Positions 61,321-64,000 of a DNA stretch of 64,000 bases are shown here, piece by piece. Positions within the stretch are counted from its first letter, which is position 1. Each line of letters starts with the position of its first letter. Under the pieces are notes generated by a model. The model made no database searches. It was not told the DNA's origin and saw nothing but the letters and a program-made list of their open reading frames with translations. Source of the stretch: Callorhinchus milii (lineage: Eukaryota); the NCBI RefSeq assembly GCF_018977255.1, contig NW_024704743.1, positions 17,672,001 through 17,736,000 of the forward strand. Direction: 5' to 3'. Position numbers and translations under genes: made by a program.

Positions 61321-64000
61321 GAGAAGAGGCGGGTGTATATCAGTGGAGAGAGATAATTGGACAAGTTAGATTTATCTGGGAAAAAAAACATTCAATTCTC
61401 CCTTAAAATGAGAATTCACTTCAAATGGATTTCTATTTATTGCTTGAATGAAGGCTTCCAACAACAATCAACTTTCCACTCTCCTCTCTCCAAAAGTGGG
61501 AGTAGACCCAACTCCAAAATCTAGAATCCATTATCACTCCTGTGCCCAGTCCCCTGTACACTCTCGTCATTAGGGACTCTGTCACGTTTTACACTTGAAG
61601 ACTGCGCTGGTGAATTATTTGAAATCTCTGTTTGCTTTGGAATGTATCACATTTTAAGCAAATGAATATTAATTTGAAATGAGGCAATCATTTTGTGTAG
61701 CTCTCACTTCTAATAATCAAAGAATACTGAAACATACAAAATACTGAGCTGTTGGAAGATTGGAAATGTACCCTGAAATCAGTGTTGCTCTACAGAGTAT
61801 TGTGATCAATGCACCAGTTGTATTCTGTCCCAGGTTATGCTAACACAGAACCTGTGGAAAGATGCTTTGAAGACCCAGTCTGCCTGGATAAGATTTTATA
61901 GTTGCTCATATAGATAAATTCCATTAACGGCTTTATACCAGTTGGAGCTTCAAACTTGCTTTCATTCTGGTATAAATTTGCAAGTATTAACAGGACAAGC
62001 ATTACCACAGGATGATCTAGTATATGTCATGAGAGAGAGAATTGGATACTAGGATCTAAATTTGAATGGGGTTAGGTTCACATTTTTCACTTTGTGGCCT
62101 TGACGTTTGAATGAGATCTTCAATTGAAGAGGGAGAATTACTATTCTCTCGCTAAGTCATTTATATCTTTAACCTGAATTCTAGCTGCAATATGACACCA
62201 ACCCAAATTAAATATTTCAAAGTGACACAGGGGATTAATAAATGACTGATTACGAAACACAGTGATTAATAAATGTAATAGTCACAAAATCTTTAACAGT
62301 GAACATTTGATTATCACTTTTTTAATCTTAAAAATGCAGTAATCCAAAATGCATTCAGTTCCTTATTATCGCTAGGGATAATTAAGGAACACTTCATCAA
62401 CTGAAAAGATATCTTTAAAGACAACTTTAGGACTGAACATCTCTCTAGGTCTTTCAGACTTTTAATTTGGGATTTCGGATTGGTTTTTATAATGTTTGCT
62501 TTTAAAATTATTTTTACGGCAGTGCCTGACAGGGAGGTGTGAAACATACATTCCACTCTCCATCTCCTGATTCAAGTTTTCTCAATCCACGCATAGCTCG
62601 GAAAAGTCTTTAAGCATGTGTCAGAGAGTGGATTTCTTCATCAGATCATGGACTAAAAATAATTGTAATAAATAATAATTTACAGTTTTTGTAAAGTACA
62701 GTAAAGATTTATTTGAAGGTGAATGCCACTTTGCGCACAGTAATGTCCCAAAGTGTATGATCAATTTTATCTGGGGGTTGTTGACTCAGGTCCTCCTGCT
62801 TGTGAGGCGAGTGCTCTAACCAATACACTGGTATAAATCAAGAAATGTTCAATCAAAAATAGTTGGTCGACCATAAAAGTTGGTCACCACTAGTTAGACT
62901 ATGTGCTCAAAGCCCTGACATGGAGTGTGAATCCACAATCTCTTAACTTTTCTTTCTATGAATGCATAATTGCAAAATTGCTACTCACAGTAAAATAGTA
63001 GATTTTGGAACTAGGAATGAAAAAGCCACTTCCCTCACTATATTTAAAACAAGATTACCATGTTTGTATTCCGAGAGGCGCGGAAAGAGAAAACATTCTT
63101 CTAAAATCGAGGATGGAATTCAGTCATTAAGGACAATTTTTTAAAGATAATTTTTTGACTGCAATTCAGTCTTGTTTCTTAATTATCACTGGCAATAATG
63201 AAGTACTGGAATGAGTTAAGAAACAGCGCAATTTTGATTCCATAATCTCTTTTAGCAGGTACTAATGTCTATTCTTTAAAAATACTTCACTGGGGGTGGG
63301 GGTTGCATTAAGGCCATTGAGTGACATAAGCCACATCATAACTGTTTCTCCTGATCAGTCCTTTGTGCATGAGCCAAGTGAGCAGCAGTTTATTTGCTTG
63401 ATGGTGACCAGAATGCAGATGAAGTTGCTATTGGTTGATGTTACATTGTGTTTGTGTCTGTATTTTATTGTGTTCCGTTGACATGACCTAACTACAAAAG
63501 GCTCATGGAGTAAAACACAGGGTTTTAAAGTTAAAAGTACATTGAAGACAATTTATAACATTTTGGCAAATAGTTATTGTTATTAAAACCTCTTGCCTTT
63601 TAACTGTTTGTCTTCACCACGCTATTTTATAGCAAGGGAATAGTGCACAGTGAAGGATTATGTATAGGTTCTGTATGAATTATGTAGCAGCTCATAGGGC
63701 ACATCTACACGTATGCTCTTCCTTGTAAAGAAACCAAGGAATGGGGGGGAATCTGCGGCCTGAGATATGATGATTATCACAAGGTGCAGAATATTCAGTC
63801 AGTCTTGCCCAATACTGAGTGACTGTTTGGAGCTGAGCCACCCTTCTGACTTCTGGACAATCGTTCAGTCCTGGATTGCCACCATTTTTAAAAAAGAAAT
63901 GCAAGGAATTCACTTTTCATTAAAAGCAGAATAATATGTTAGGGGCAGGATTTAGAACATTAATAAAGCCTGTCATAGTTTATTGTCAATATCCCCTGTA

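Noticed and set aside
61820..61902. Possible further ADAM22 exon after tcccag at 61833
   Set aside because: The required phase gives an almost immediate stop (E-L-C-stop) and there is no similarity to the expected TLSPAKSP..ETSI ending. The final exons appear to lie beyond the window.
62225..62275. 19-bp imperfect direct repeat acacag(g/t)gattaataaatg
   Set aside because: Short AT-rich local slippage with no further structure.

Overview
Vertebrate genomic DNA, not prokaryotic. The repeat content (tRNA-headed SINE with an L2-type tail, L2 and CR1 LINEs, DeuSINE/SacSINE-like relics, a Penelope-type hairpin) suggests a cartilaginous fish, possibly a chimaera (inference). The whole window lies inside one + strand gene, ADAM22, the catalytically inactive ADAM that acts as LGI1 receptor. 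I traced 24 GT-AG coding exons from 211 to 60495 that splice into one uninterrupted frame: end of prodomain, furin site, dead metalloprotease-like domain, disintegrin, Cys-rich, EGF, transmembrane and most of the cytoplasmic tail. The first and last exons lie outside the window. Introns are full of SINE, L2 and CR1 copies, one hAT-type MITE and an unclassified ~450 bp repeat family. Most ORFs in the supplied track are TE-derived or chance. I found no evidence for a new multi-gene system. The best leads are a candidate 27-nt in-frame microexon in an RBFOX-motif cluster, a 45-bp copy of an exon end plus donor pasted into an upstream L2, a 27-bp acceptor-like motif duplicated after two consecutive exons, and a TSD-flanked Penelope-like palindrome with a hammerhead-ribozyme core. 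Repeat boundaries are approximate; family names and homologue comparisons come from recall, not database searches.
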